Source: Mobula hypostoma (lineage: Eukaryota). From it: 64,000 bases of DNA. Position 1 is the first letter of the stretch. The number at the start of each line of letters is the position of its first letter. The position numbers were made by a program, and so were the translations under genes. The stretch spans positions 7,688,001-7,752,000 of the forward strand of contig NC_086108.1 of the NCBI RefSeq assembly GCF_963921235.1, written 5' to 3'. Of this stretch, positions 12,392-25,995 are shown one piece after another. The notes below the pieces were generated by a model. It saw only the letters and a list, made by a program, of their open reading frames with translations, was not told where the DNA came from and ran no database searches.

Positions 12392-13035
12392 CATAAGACA
12401 AAGGAGCAGAAGTCGGCCATTCGGCCCATCGAGTCTGCTCCGCCATTTTATCATGAGCTGATCCATTCTCCCACTTAGACCCATTCCCCCACCTTCTCAC
12501 CATAACCTTTGATGCCCTGGCTACTCAGATACCTATCAACCTCTGCCTTAAATACACCCAATGACTTAACCTCTATTGCCGCCCATAGCAACAAATTCCA
12601 TAGATTCACCACCCTCTGGCTAAAAAAATTTCTTTGCATCTTTGTTCTGAATGGGCGCCCTTCAATCCTTAAGTCATGCCCTCTCGTACAAGACTCCCCC
12701 ATCATGGGAAACAACTTTGCCACATCCACTCTGTCCATGCCTTTCAACATTCGAAATGTTTCTATGAGGTCCACCCTCGTTCTTCTAAGCTCCAAGGAAT
12801 ACAGTCCAAGAGCGGACAAACGTTCCTCATATGTTAACCCTCTCATTCCTGGAATCATTCTAGTGAATCTTTTCTGAACCCTCTCCAATGTAAGCACATC
12901 CTTTCTTAAATAAGGAGCCCAAAACTGCACACAGTACTCCCAGCGAGGTCTTACCAGTGCCTTATAGAGCCTCAACATCACATCCCTGCTCCTATACTCT
13001 ATTCCTCTAGAAATGAATGCCAACATTGCATCTAC
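12392..13035 (-). mobile_element. CR1 3' fragment
   Basis: ORF 12475-13056 (LYKALVRP.WEYCVQFWAP, ERVQKRFTRMIPG) plus 3' UTR. Confidence 0.9.
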
Positions 13036-14930
13036 TTTTTCTCTAGATAACCACAAAATACAAAAAAAACCACGGGATTTGTTGAAAGGAAAGACATGAA
13101 AAAGAAAAAGAAGAAAAACTCACAAACCCCAAACCCCCACCACCCCCCTTGTAAAAAAAACTAACAGATCGCCCACACAGAAATCAGCAGCTGGAACATC
13201 AAAACCCCAAACACCCTCAAACCCATCCCTTGCAAAAAAAAATGACAATAACATCAAACCTCAAACCCCTCTGTTGCAAAAAAACAGTGACAATAGCATC
13301 CAACACCCTCTCACACACAAAAAACTAACAGATCATTCACACAGAAAAACACCAACAAGAACATCACCCAAGTCCCAAACTCCTCCCTCACCCAAAAAGT
13401 AACATATTGCCATCAGCAGCAAGAACAAAAACACAGAAAACCGAAGACCAATATAAAGTACAGTCCAATAATCACATAAATCTCAGAATTTTGAAAACAT
13501 CCCCCCGTCAGCATCAATGAAAACGGCTGCACGAACTCAATAACTGACCACATGTTAATTATATCAGCTACAGAACTCAGTTTTGGTGTCTACAATTAAA
13601 TATGGGAGAGTGCGTGGGTTGTGGGTAGGAGGTTACATGAGCTCCATGAGATTTGTATGTGGAAGTGAAAGAGTGAATAGATTTGGAAGGCGGGGTGGTG
13701 TTGTGTGTGTGTGTAAGAATAAGAAAGAGAAAAGTCAACATAGAGGCACCCAAGGCAGTGATTGGTGAACAAGTCACAAAACAATAACTGCAAGGAATGC
13801 AGTCCCAGAGGAATAACGTGACCCCCATGTATCCTCCACCATAAAGTAACATAAGATTCTCAGAAACAGAAATTCCAAATATTACTAAATAGGTTACAAC
13901 TGTGGACATCAGTCAGCAGTTAACAAACCAGACATCCCCCATTCAGTGGGGTTCCTTGTGGTTCAAAGTGCATTTATTATCTAAGTATGAATACTTTATA
14001 CAACCTCGAGATTCGTCTCCTGACAGACAGCCAGTAAACAAAAAAACTAAAAAGAACCCATTACAAAAAAAGACCATCAAACACCCAATGTGCAAAGGAG
14101 AAAAACCACATTGTGCAAACAATAAAAGTAAGCACACAGCATTCGGAATGAAAGTGAGTCCACAGACATGAAGCCCAGAGCAGCGGGAGCAAGCCACAGC
14201 CTCCGCCTCAGTTCAGTACAGAGCTGAGTAAACATGGTGGAGCAGCGAACAGAACTGATCTGACCCACTCAACTCCATTGATGTCAACAGGGGTTAGCCC
14301 ATCTCCATTCCTCCTGTAATCCACAATCAGCTCCTTTGTTTTTGCGACATTGAGGGAGAAGTTTCTTTATGGGCCCTTTTTACATACCTGTCCTTGTAAG
14401 TGTCCTGAAACAATGGAAGTTCACAACTACAGATGCGCTGGGCTGTCCGCACCACTCTCTGCAGAGTCCTGCGATTAAGGGAGGTACAGTTCCCATACCA
14501 GGCAGTGATGCAGCCAGTCAGGGTGCTTTGATATACTCTGGGCCTGGACCCTGCACCCCGCCCCCACCACCACATTTTGGCCCATATCCAACCTTTCCAA
14601 AACAGCCTGATCAAACCCCAGGTTTTCCTGGCTCTTGGTTTAGGTGGATGGGCCTTGACTTTGCTTCAAGTCTGCCTCGATTTCTCCTTGCACCTCGATT
14701 CTTCCTCACCTCCGCACACCTCTTCGCTGTAAGCAGTATAAAAACTAAATCAATTCAATATTTGGTGTGACTTTAAAACTGCATCAATTCTCTTACTTCA
14801 CTGCCGAACTAAGAAAATCAGCTGGTAGGTTGTTCCAAATATCTTGGATGCCTGGCCTGCTGTGCTCACCAGCAACTTTGATGTCTGTTGCTTGAATTTC
14901 CAGCATCTGCAGAATTCCTGTTGTTTGAGT

Positions 14931-15147
14931 TAATAACTCATCTCCTTCTACCTTATGGCACAAACTTATCAATCACCCCTGCTGTGAACCACTTCTGGAG
15001 GTCCAAGACACCGACCTCTACAAAGAAGGGATCCGTATGCTCCATGACCGCTGGACTAAGTGTGTAAATGTAGGAAAAATAAATGTGCTAGGTTTTCTAA
15101 AATTGACTCCTTCTACCTTAGGCCACGAACCTATGAATCACCCCTTG
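14931..15147 (+). mobile_element. Mariner-type remnant (transposase C-terminus plus right TIR, TIR segment duplicated)
   Basis: Reads FLEVQDTDLYKEGIRMLHDRWTKCVNVG (mariner RW.KC motif); ctccttctacctta...aatcacccct occurs twice; ends at TA. Confidence 0.7.
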
Positions 15148-15289
15148 TATGGAACAACTATTACCCTACAACCACCAGTCTCCTGAAGCACTGTAGATAA
15201 TCTCACTCACCCTCAACACGAACTGATTTCACAACCTACAGACTCACTTTCAAGAACTCTACAACTCTTCTTCTCAGAATTTTTTTTAA

Positions 15290-15830
15290 TTTGCAGTTTT
15301 TGTCACCTACCTACAGGAAAGATGTAAATCAGGTTGAAAGACTACAGAAAAAATTTACAAGGGTGTTGTCGAGTCTGGAGGATCTGAGTTGTAAGGAAAG
15401 ATTGAACAGATTAGGACTTTATTCCTTAGAACGCAGAAGATCGAGAGGAGATTTGATAGAAGTATACAAAATTATGAGGGGTTTCGATAGGGTAACTGCA
15501 ATCAGGCTTTTTTCCACTGAGATTGGTTGGGACTACAACCAGAGGTCACCAGTTAAGAGTGAAAGGTGAAAAGTTTAAGGGGAACATGAGGGAACTTTCT
15601 TCACTCAGAGGGTCATGAGAGCATGGAATGAGCTGCCAAGCTAAGAGGTACATGTGAACTCATTTTCAATGTTTAAGCGAAGTATGGAAAGGTACATGGA
15701 TGGTTGGGATATGGAGGGCTATGCTCCCGGTGCAGGTCGCTGCGAGTAGGCAGTTTAAATGGTTTCGGCCTGGACTAGATGGGCTGAAGGGCCTGTTTCT
15801 GCGCTGTACTTTCTATGACTCTATGACTAT
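15290..15830 (+). mobile_element. CR1 3' fragment
   Basis: ORF 15291-15569 (LGLYSLERRRSRGDLIEVYKIM); (ctatgact)n tail. Confidence 0.85.
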
Positions 15831-18016
15831 AATTTATATGGTTACATAAGAAAAGACCAAGAGTAGGCCTGTGCACCAGATCTGCTATTCAGTAAAATCA
15901 CAGGTGACTTTCTATTTCAGCAGCACTTTCCTGTTCCTTTGATTCCATGTATATCCAAAAATTATCAATCTCTTTCTTAAATATATTAATAGAATAGAAT
16001 ATTACTTTATTTTCATTGCTCAAGACAAGAAGATTGTGGTGCTATTTCAGTCTGTGCAACACAGATACTTACAATGCATGCGATACAGTTTAATTAATTT
16101 CTTAAAATTCCTATATTTGCAAGCAACAAGTGACTCTGATAGTCTGTAAAACTCAGAGGCCATTGGCAAGCCGGGGTGTAGCATTATTCAGCTACATGAC
16201 AGCCCTCAGGAAGAAACTGTTTTTTCAGTCTTACTGTCTTGGCTAAGATGTTTCTGTACCTCCTACTAGATGGCATAATTTTGAACAGACAGTGCCTGGG
16301 ATGGGATGGGTCTTTAATGATGTAGGCAATGAGAGTTGTAGATTGCCTCCAAGTCCGGTAGTTGACTCCCAATGATGTGCTGAGCCATCCTAATCACCCA
16401 CTGGAGTGCTTTGTGATCTGTATTGCTGCATCTAGAGTCCCACACCCTCACTCCCTAAGTCAGTATGCTCTCTGTCACACATTAGCAAGTTAGCCAGCAA
16501 TTTTTGAGGCTGGTTAACTTTCCACTGAAGGTTCAATACTGTAAGGGTAAAAGTTCTTTCTATTTCCGTCGTAATCCCAATTCCATTTTCAAAGAGGAGA
16601 TGTTAAATAACAACTGATTGTGAAAACATACAATACAGTCAGCAGTTCAGAATTAGATTTAATATCACTGGCAAATTTATTTTGCAGCAGCAATACAGCA
16701 CAATACATAAAAATACTATAAATTACAATATGAAATATATATAAAAATTCTTAAATAGCAGTGAAATAAATCTCTAGATAAATGCATAGAAAAAACAAGA
16801 TGATCGAACAAAGATCAGAAAAATGCAGCACAGAGGCTAATTAAAAGAGTTAAAATAAAAATATTAATGATACTTGGGTAAGCCCCTGCAATCTAACTGT
16901 TTTCATGATATTTACTCATGTGTGTAATAACTTTGGTACTCTGTACATAATGGGAAGGAGGCAGATGCGCTATAAATTTCAATAATCCAGTTATGGATGG
17001 AACTGAAAAATGTAATGACAATGGTGATAATAATTCCAGAGTTTCACATCATTAAAAGTAAGTTTGAGCAGGCTGATTTAACTGCAAAGAAGCTGCTCCT
17101 TTACCTTTCTCCTTCCCTCCCCCAATAACCCACTTGGACTGACTTTTAAAGCTTTCGGTCGACCGGTTCCTAAAGGTCTAAAGCAATATTTCACAGTGTG
17201 ATGCCTCCCTTGTTTCTGTACCTCTTGCATGATTAGGTTTGGAAATCCCCTCCCTGTTCTCAAAGCGATGGGACCTCGACCAGATGTTGAACGTTAAGAT
17301 TTATAACCATACAACAATTACAGCACGGAAACAGGCCATCTCGGCCCTCCTAGTCCATGCTGAACTCTTACTCCCACCTAGTCCCACCAACCTGCACTCA
17401 GCCCATAACCCTCCATTCCTTTCCTGTCCATAAAAGGCAGCTTCTTATTCAGATTCTAAGGTCATCTGGATATTAATAAATGGCTCTGTACAGTGTTCTC
17501 TTTTAGTTGATAAAAAGCAAAGAAAAACCCTGGCTATCTGTATCAAGAACATATCTCCCTCACTCACTGAGACTATTTCTATATTGTTCAGTTACACAAC
17601 TTTGAGCATCCAAGTCAAGTGATTTGGCCTTGCTTCTATTTCTTATCTTATTACACTGAACAACAAAGATTTTACTTCCTGAATACTCTGGATGTAACTT
17701 ATGGATTTTGGGCTGATAATCACAAAAACCACCATGAAATTTCCCTATCATGCACCTTTTAAAAAAAAAATCACCTACATTTGTTATTTCAATTCATAAT
17801 TCAAGTCAGAGTAACTGATGCCAAGATTAAGGAAGGCATTTTTGTTGGTCCACAAATGAAACAGGTCATCATTGTCAGGCAATTTGAAGAACTTCTGGTG
17901 GGACCGGAGAAAATCGCATGGAAGGTATTCAAGGATGTTGCTGAAAATGTTCTTGGCAACTACAGAGCACCAAACTATGTGCAGCTGGTTGACAACATGC
18001 TTCAAGCATACACATA

Positions 18017-19629
18017 CAGTGGCATGCAAAAGTTTGGGCACCCCAGTCAAAATTTCTGTTACTGTGAATAGTTAAGTGAGTAGAAGATGAACTGATCTCC
18101 AAAAGTCATAAAGTTAAAGATGAAATATTCTTTCCAACATTTTAGCAAGATTAGTGTATTATTTTTGTTTTGTACAATTTTAGAGTGAAAAAAAGGAAAG
18201 GAGCACCATGCAAAAGTTTGGGCACCCCAAGAGATTTGAGCTCTCAGATAACTTTTACATTTTCAGACCTTAATTAGCTTGTTAGGGCTATGGTTTGTTC
18301 ACAGTCATCGTTAGGAAAAGCCAGGTGATGCAAATTTCAAAGCTTTATAAATACCCTGACTCCTCAAACCTTGTCCCAATAATCAGCAGTCATGGGCTGC
18401 CTAGCACTCTGAAAATTAAAATAAACGATGTCTACAAAGCAGGAGAAGGCTGTAAGAAGATAGCAAAGCGTTTTTGGGTAGCCCTTTCCTCAGTTCATAA
18501 TGTAATTAAAAAATGGCAGTTAACAGCCATTAACTGTGGAGGTCAAGATGAGGTCTGGAAGACCAAGAAAACTTTCCGAGAGAACTGCTCGTAGGATTGC
18601 TAGAAAGGCAAATCAAAAGCCCCGTTTGACGGCAAAAGACGTTCAGGAAGATTTAGCAGACCCTGGAGTGGTGGTGCACTGCTCTACTGTGCAGCGACAC
18701 CTGCACAAATATGACCTTCATGGAAGAGTCATCAGAAGAAAACCTTTCCTGCGTCCTCACCACAAAATTCAGCATCAGAAGTTTGCAAAGTTCTATTCAA
18801 AAGGTTCAAAGGAATATCTAAACAAGCCTGATGCATTTTGGAAACAAGTCCTGTGGGCTGAAGTTAAAATAGAACTTTTTGGCTGCAATGAGCAAAGGTA
18901 TGTTTGGAGAAAAAAGGGTGTAGAATTTCATGAAAAGAACACCTCTCCAACTGTTAAGCACTGGGGTGGATCGATCATGCTTTGGGCTTGTGTTGCAGCC
19001 AGTGGCACGGGGAACATTTCACTGGTAGTGGGAAGAATGAATTCAATTAAATACCAGCAGATTCTGGAAGCAAACATCACACCGTCTGTAAAAAAGCTGA
19101 AGGTGATGGCTTCTACAACAGGATAATGATCCTAAACACACCTCAAAATCCACAATGGACTACCTCAAGAGGCGCAAGCTGAAGGTTTTGCCATGGCCTT
19201 CACAGTCCCTCGACTTAAACATCATTGAAAATCTGTGGATAGACCTCAAAAGAGCAGTGCATGCAAGACGGCCCAAGAATCTCACAGAACTACAAGCCTT
19301 TTGCAAGGAAGAATGGGCGAAAGTCCCCCAAACAAGAACTGAAAGACTCTTAGCTGGCTACCGAAAGCGTTTACAAGCTGTGATACTTGCCAAAGGGGGC
19401 GTTACTAAGTACTGACCATGCATGGTACCCAAAATTTACTTCGGACCCTTTTCCTTTTTTGTTATTTTGAAACTGTAAAAGATGGAAATAAAAAAGTAAT
19501 CTTGCTTAAAATATTAAAGAAATGTGTCATCTTTACCTTTATGCCTTTTCGAAATCAGGTCATCTTTTACTTAGCTATACACAGTAACAGAAATTTTGAC
19601 CGGGGTGCCCAGACTTTTGCATGCCACTG
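18017..19629 (+). mobile_element. Full-length (1613 bp) defective Tc1-family transposon, IR/DR type
   Basis: TA|CAGTGGCATGCAAAAGT...ACTTTTGCATGCCACTG|TA; inner repeat near 18206-18228; transposase fragments with GRPRK, TVKHWGGSIMLW, QDNDPKH and WPSQSLDLNIIENLW; frameshifts, and first catalytic Asp lost (WAEV versus WTDEV in copy 2). Confidence 0.95.
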
Positions 19630-19912
19630 TATCACTAATGATTCATTTTCTGCGTTCCCATTTAGACTTCTTCCCTGCAAAAATAGGTGCTATCACTAAC
19701 GAGCATGGCGAAAGGTTTCACGAAGACATTGCAGTCATGGAGAAACTGTATCAGGGCACCTTGAATCCATCAGTGCTAGCTGATTATTGTTGGACACTTA
19801 AGCAAGAAGCCTCAGACACTGAGTACAAATGAAAATCATCAACAAAACATTTTTTGCTTAGTTGAGCTATTGCAAAGTGTCAGCTCCATTATACAATTAA
19901 ATGCATTATATT

Positions 19913-20173
19913 CTACTACGTCGACTCAGGCCTAGGGGGCCGGCATCAGGCACGATGACGGACTCTTCACTTCTCCCTCTCCCTCATCAGTCTGTTCAGT
20001 TCATCTACATTAGCCGCGCCGCTGTCTTCCAGGAGCGTGTTGACCATAGTCTTGGGAGGGCACCCAGGGTTCATCCTCCCATGCTTGGGCTCCCATATGA
20101 CGACTAGGCTGGCAGGTAGCTCGGGGTGGCGTAGACAGTGCCCTGCTAGTTGCAGTCTTCTTGCCTCGATTTT
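19913..20173 (-). mobile_element. RTEX/RTE-like LINE 3' end
   Basis: Minus strand reads RRLQLAGHCLRHPELPASLVVIWEPKHGRMNPGCPPKT, a typical RTE-group C-terminus; flanked by attatatt-like repeats. Confidence 0.7.
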
Positions 20174-22244
20174 ATATTATATTATATTCAATAAAAGTTA
20201 ATTTATTGTGTCTCCAAGTTCCTACATGATAAAAGTAGTTTGAAATTATATTTGTCATCAGCTTCAAGCAGACTATCGTAAACCAAAAAATAATTTTGAG
20301 GAAGCAGTACTTTAAAAAAATTATTATTTAGTTGTTATTAGTATTATCAGTTGTTTAAACCACATTAATACGTCCTAATATATGGACTCTTTAGTGACTT
20401 TAAAGCCTTAACAAATTTTCACTTGCTACTGACTGGTTTGCTGATTATATGTTTGCTGGGCAAACTTATTGGAGCAAAGGAGAATGAAAAGTGACTTGAT
20501 AGAGGTGTACAAGATGATAAAAAGCATAGATAGAGAGGATAACCAGGGGCTTCTTTCTAAAAAGTAAAAATGGCTAATGTGAGACCCATAATCTTAAGGT
20601 AATTGGAAGAAAGCATGGGGAAGAGCGATGTCAAGGTGAGGTATTTTACACAGAGAGTGTAAGGAGCACGGAATGTGCTGCGGGGATTGTGGTAGAGGCA
20701 GATACATTCGGGACATTGAGGTGATTTCCTAAATCAGGGGTTCCATGTATGCCACGGAACCTTATCGTTAACAGAGGATTCAAAGACCACAGCTCGAGAA
20801 CCCCTGGATGATAGGAATCCCGGGTCGAGACAAAGGAATACTATCGCACTCAGATGCAGACGGATTCTTCATTGCCGTTTCTGTAACAATTTTGTTTCAT
20901 CAATCACTGTTGTTAGACCTGAGCTGAACCCCTGAACCAGGAGGTCCGGTGGAAAACTCTTAGTCTGACCTCCACCCTTTGACCTGCTTGGCATGGGTGA
21001 CCCTACCAACACACAAGGCCCTGACTCCAGCCAGCATAGCTCTGCAGGTCATTGAGGCACACAAGCTTCAATGCCCCACAACAAGGTTGCGGTCCTCTTA
21101 CAGGAGAATGATCTTAGAGATGGTTAGAAACCCAGCACAACTCTGTGGACTGAAAGGCCCGTGTTGTGCTGTAATGTTCTATTTCTACATAAATTTCTGT
21201 GCCCCTTCCCATGTGCGGGTTTCCTAATGTGAATGTTCTAATGGTGCCTCTTCCTCAGTGAATTTTCTAATTGTCTTGCAGGAAAACAAAACCCTGCTAA
21301 ATCAGGTTGCTTATACTCTCGAGTTCCGAAGAATGAGAAGTGATTACTAAAGCACCCAGAGCAAAAAGGGTTTCAACTCAATGGTTATTCCACCCCCCCA
21401 ACCTATCCACCACTTCTGGGAACCGCACTCAGTGCTGTTGGGCCCCATCACCCAAGACACACCCTCTTCTCACTGCTACCATCAGGGAAGAGATACAGGA
21501 GCCCGATGACACACACTCAATGATTCAGGAACAGCTTCACCTCTGACAACTGATTTTTGAATGGAACACTACCTCACTACCATTTTTCTTTTTTTTTTGG
21601 TCTCTTTTTGCAACACAATGAATTTATTCTTAAACATGCATTTCTTATTGTAATTCATAGCCTTTTATTACTATGCATTGCAATGTTCCGCTGCTGCAAA
21701 ACAACACATTTCACAACATCCACTAGTGATATTGAACATGATTCTGATTCAGAAATCAAAACTTTTAATAAAGACGTTTTGCAAACTCTCGGAAAGAGTT
21801 GGAGCTAAGTATCTGTGCATGCCTTTTGCCTTAGAATTCACACAGCTATTGTGAACTTGGTTCCTGATTTCCAATTCAGTAACTATACCGGGGGGGGGGG
21901 GGGGGAAGGGAACCAACGTCTGAAGTCTGCAACTTGTTGAGTGATGTGCACATTCTAGACTTGAGGAAACAGATGGAGCGTGCTGTTACGGAAAACAGTC
22001 CCACGTTATATAAACTCAGCAGTCAATGGATTAAACTGTTCTGAATTTTGCAACTGTGTGGTGGTGAGAGATTCAACCCATCACATTTAAAATCTGGCCT
22101 GGCCCGATCATTCAAATCTCACAGTAAAGTGAGTGTGCATGGAATGCACTGTGCGGAGTGGTGCTGGAGGCAAATATGACGGGGTTGTTCAAGAGGTTTT
22201 TAGACAGGCACACGAACGTCCAGGAAATGGAAAAATGTTGACAA

Positions 22245-23710
22245 TCTCTCTCTACACCCATAACTGTGTGGCTTGGCACAAGTCAAGTGCGATTTATAAA
22301 TTTACTGACATTGTTGGCAGAATTTCAGATGGTGACGAGAGGTGTACAGGGGCAAGATATATCAGCCAGTTAAGTGGAGTCGCAGCAACAACCTTGCACT
22401 AAAAGTCAGTAAAACCCAAGAACTGATTGTAGACTTCAGAAAGGGTAAGAAGAGGGAACATGCACTAATCCTCGTAGAGGGATCAGAAGTGGAAAGAGTG
22501 AGCATTTTCAAGTCCTGGGTATCAATATCTCTGAGGATCTAACCTATCTAACATATCGAAGCGGCTACAAAGAAAGCACAACAGTGACTATATTTCATTA
22601 GGAGATTGAGAAGATTTGAAAATTTCTACAAATTGGTGCACATATAAATTAGCTGCATCACCATCTGGGATTGGGGGGGGGTGCATTGCGCAGGATTGAA
22701 GTAAGCTGCAGTACTGTAAGCTTAGTCAACTTCATCATGGGCACTAGCCTTCATGGTATCCAGGATATCTTCAAGAAACGATGCCTCAAAAAGGCAGCAT
22801 TCGTCATTAAGGACGCCCCTCACCCTCACCTTGTTCTCATTGCTACCATTCGGAAAGAGGTATAGCAGCCTGAAGGCACACACTCAATGATTCAAGAACA
22901 GCTTCTTTCCTTCCACCATCCGATTTCTGACTGGACATTCAACCCATGAATGCTACCTCACTACTTTTTATTCCTGTAATGCGCTTTAAGGTTTCACTGC
23001 AAATGTAATGGCCTCGCTGTAATGTTTCATGCTAATGTAATGTTTTCTCTGTAGCAGCAGTGTTTGGATTATGACTAGAGATAAAGGGGACTTTGGAATG
23101 TGTGCCATCCAATGACAGGCGTTTTGCTTCTTCTTGTGTGTCTGAGAGAAAGTATTTGTGGTCTTTCGTTGGCGAAAGATGAAGAGAGAAGACGCGAATG
23201 GAGAGAGTTGGTAGACTGCAGGATGGAGTGGATTTGGAGCGAGGGTCCAAGGGTCAGCGACACTTGAAGGAGGTCAATGGGGAACGGGTGGACGGAACCC
23301 TGAGATCCAACGTGCACTTTAGACTGTTTCATTAAAATAGGCCCTTTTTCTTTTTATTTTCTTTAACAACCCCATAGCCAGATTAAGGTTTATAAAGTTC
23401 AATCATTTAACTGCATATGGTGTACTGTCTGATATTTTGTGGTGCCCATTTGTAACCGGGCAACACATCACACAGCATCCACACAAACGAGATTGCTAAG
23501 TTTGGCAGTGTCAGAGGCTGTCTACCCCTAGACAAACACATGCTGGCTAAACCTGAGGGTTACATTCCTATTTTTGCACCGCTAACTTGATTTAACTAAT
23601 ATACATCTTACTGTAATACATATTTTTTGTCTCTATTATTGTATATCACAATGTACTGCTGGCAACAAATTTCACAACAATTGCCGGAAATATTAAACCT
23701 GATTCTGAAA
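22245..23710 (+). mobile_element. Rex1/Babar-like LINE fragment, interrupted by a solo LTR
   Basis: NNLALKVSKTQELIVDFRK and RCLKKAAFVIKD motifs; 3' UTR resumes after 23568. Confidence 0.75.
22975..23564. mobile_element. Solo LTR (590 bp), probably gypsy-type
   Basis: TGTAA...TTACA inverted termini with an exact 4-bp TSD TTCC (22971-22974 and 23565-23568) splitting a LINE 3' UTR. Confidence 0.8.
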
Positions 23711-23899
23711 AAATATTGAAGCAGAAAGGATAAGTTTAAAATGTTGGATAGGTTCAAATGCTATTCCCTGGAACATATGGGTTGGTTGGTTAATTGGTCA
23801 CATAGGTGTAATTGGGCAGTGCTTGCCTGTTGGAGCAGAGAGGCCTGTTACCATGCTGTACATAGAAGTCCCACGGAATGAGTGTGCGATACTTGATAT

Positions 23900-25995
23900 G
23901 AATGAGACAGGGTAGATGACAAAAGTTTGTTCAGGGAAACACTTTCTATCTAGGGATCATAATGTCATTAGTTTCAAAGTAAACATGGAAAACAATAGTT
24001 CTGCAGATAGATAGGTTGAGATTCTAAACTGGAGGAAGGCCGATTTTGATGGTATCAGAAAGGATCTGGCAAGTGTGGATTGGGACAGGCTGTTTTCTGG
24101 CAAAAGTGTACTTAGTATGTGGGAGGCCTTCAAAAGTGAAATTTTGAGAGTACAAAGCTTGCATGTACTTGTCAGAATAAAAGATAAAGATAATAGGTAG
24201 CAATAGACGGTCTCCAAAAAGAGGACATTCACAACTTCAGCAAACCTATCTAAGCACAGCACACAAATATTGTCATCCTAGTTAAGAAAAAAAAAAGGTG
24301 CATAGCAAGTATAGGCAGAACAGAACTAATGAGGTACTCACAGAGTACAAGAAATGTAAAATAATTCTACAGATACGTTAAGAGCAGAGGATTGCAAGGG
24401 ACAAAATTGGTTCCCAGGAAGATCAGAATGGTAATCTCTGCGTGGAGCCAAGAGAGACGGGGGAGACCTTAAATGGACTTTTTGCAGCTGTATTTACTCT
24501 AGAGACAGACACAGAGTCTACAGAAGTGAGGCAAAGCAGCAGCAAGGTCATGCGCCCTATACAGATTACAGTGGAGGTGTCTGCCGTCTTAAAACAAATT
24601 AGGGTGGATAAATCTCCACAGCCTGACAAGGTTCTCCCTCTGACCCTGTGGACCGACAGGCGACAGGCGAGGTACAAGAGGATTGGGGGATAGCTAATGT
24701 TATTCCACCGGAAGAAAGGCTTTAAAAATAAATCAGGAAATTATAAACCAGTGAGTCTGACATCAGTTGTGTGAAAGTTACTGGAAGGTAGTCTAAAGGA
24801 CCAGATCCAAAAGTATTTGGATTAAGGATAGTTAGCATGGCTTTGTCTATGGCAGGTCACGTCGAAACAAACTTAGAGTTTTTCAAGCAAGTTACTAAGA
24901 AAGTGGATGAAGGTAAGGCAGTGGATATTGTCTACATGGACTTCAGCAAGGCATTTGACAAGGCTCCACATGGGAGGTTGGTCAAGAAGGATCAGTCGGT
25001 TGACATTCAAAGCAAGGTACTAAACTGGACTAGATACTGGCTTGTGGAGAAGCCAGAGAGTGGTAGAAGATGATTGCCTCTCTTGACAGGAGGCCTGTAA
25101 CTAGTGGAGTGCTGCAGGGATTGATGTCTGTTGTTGCTCATCATTGATATCGCTGATAATGTGGTGAACCGGATCAGCAAATTTGCAGATAACACCAAGA
25201 TTTGGGGTGTAGTGGACAACAAGGAAGACTATCAGAGCTTACAGTGGGATTTGGACCAGCTGCAAAAATGGCAAATGGAATTTAATGCAGATAAGAGTGA
25301 GGTGTTGCACTTCAGTAGGACTAACCAGGGCAAGTTTTATACAGTGAACGGTAGCACACAGGAGTGTAGTAGATCTAAAGCTTTTAGCACATTAGCCTTC
25401 ATAAATCAAAGTACTGAGTACAGGAGACGCAATGTTACATTGAAATTCTAGAAGACGTGGTGAGGCCTCATTTGGAGTATTGTGTGCAGTTTTGGTCACC
25501 TTCCTACAGGAAAGATGTAAATAAGGTTGGAGAGTACAGGGAAAGGTTACAAGGTGTTGCCAGGTCTGGAGGACCTGCGTTATGAGGGAAGATTGAATAG
25601 GTTTGGACTTTATTCCTTGGAATGTAGAAGACTGAAGGGAGATGTAGTAGAGGTATACAAAATAATGAGGGGTATAGATAGGGTAAATGCAAGCAGGCTT
25701 TTTCCACTGAGGTTGGGTGGGACTACAACTAGAGGTCATGGGTTAAAGGTGAAAGGTGAACTGTTTAAAGGGAACTTGAAAGGGTGGTGAGTGTAGAACA
25801 AGCTGCTAGCGTAACTGGTGCACGCAAACTTGATTTCAAAGTTTAAGAGTTTAGATAGGTACATGGATGGCAGAGATATGGAGGGCAAAGACTCGATGCA
25901 AGTCAATGGGAGTGGGCAATTTAAATAGTTTGGCACTGACTAGATTAGCCAAAGTTCCTGTTTCTGTGCTATACTTTTCTATGACTCCCTATGAT
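23900..25995 (+). mobile_element. Degenerate CR1 ORF2 and 3' end
   Basis: Successive fragments DKSPQPD, YMDFSKAFDK, SKFADNTKI, GLYSLECRRLKGD; CR1 tail. Confidence 0.88.

Larger units (their letters stand above)
17654..20334 (+). mobile_element. Chapaev3-like (CMC) DNA transposon relic, internally deleted, hosting two nested insertions
   Basis: DAKIKEGIFVGPQ...LGNYRAPNY (17781-18014) continues after the Tc1 as SLMIHFLRSHLDFFP...NEHGERFHEDI...LADYCW (19632-19832). CACTG left end and degenerate right end, each flanked by TTA. Confidence 0.7.

Noticed and set aside
13100..13450. Repeated aaacccc/aacagatc units resembling an array
   Set aside because: Irregular low-complexity expansion in a retroposon tail; no constant repeat-spacer structure. 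Not CRISPR, and the DNA is eukaryotic.
20735..20806. CAGGGGTTC...GAACCCCTG mini-element
   Set aside because: Probably a decayed hAT MITE, but there is no matching 8-bp TSD, so it is not called.
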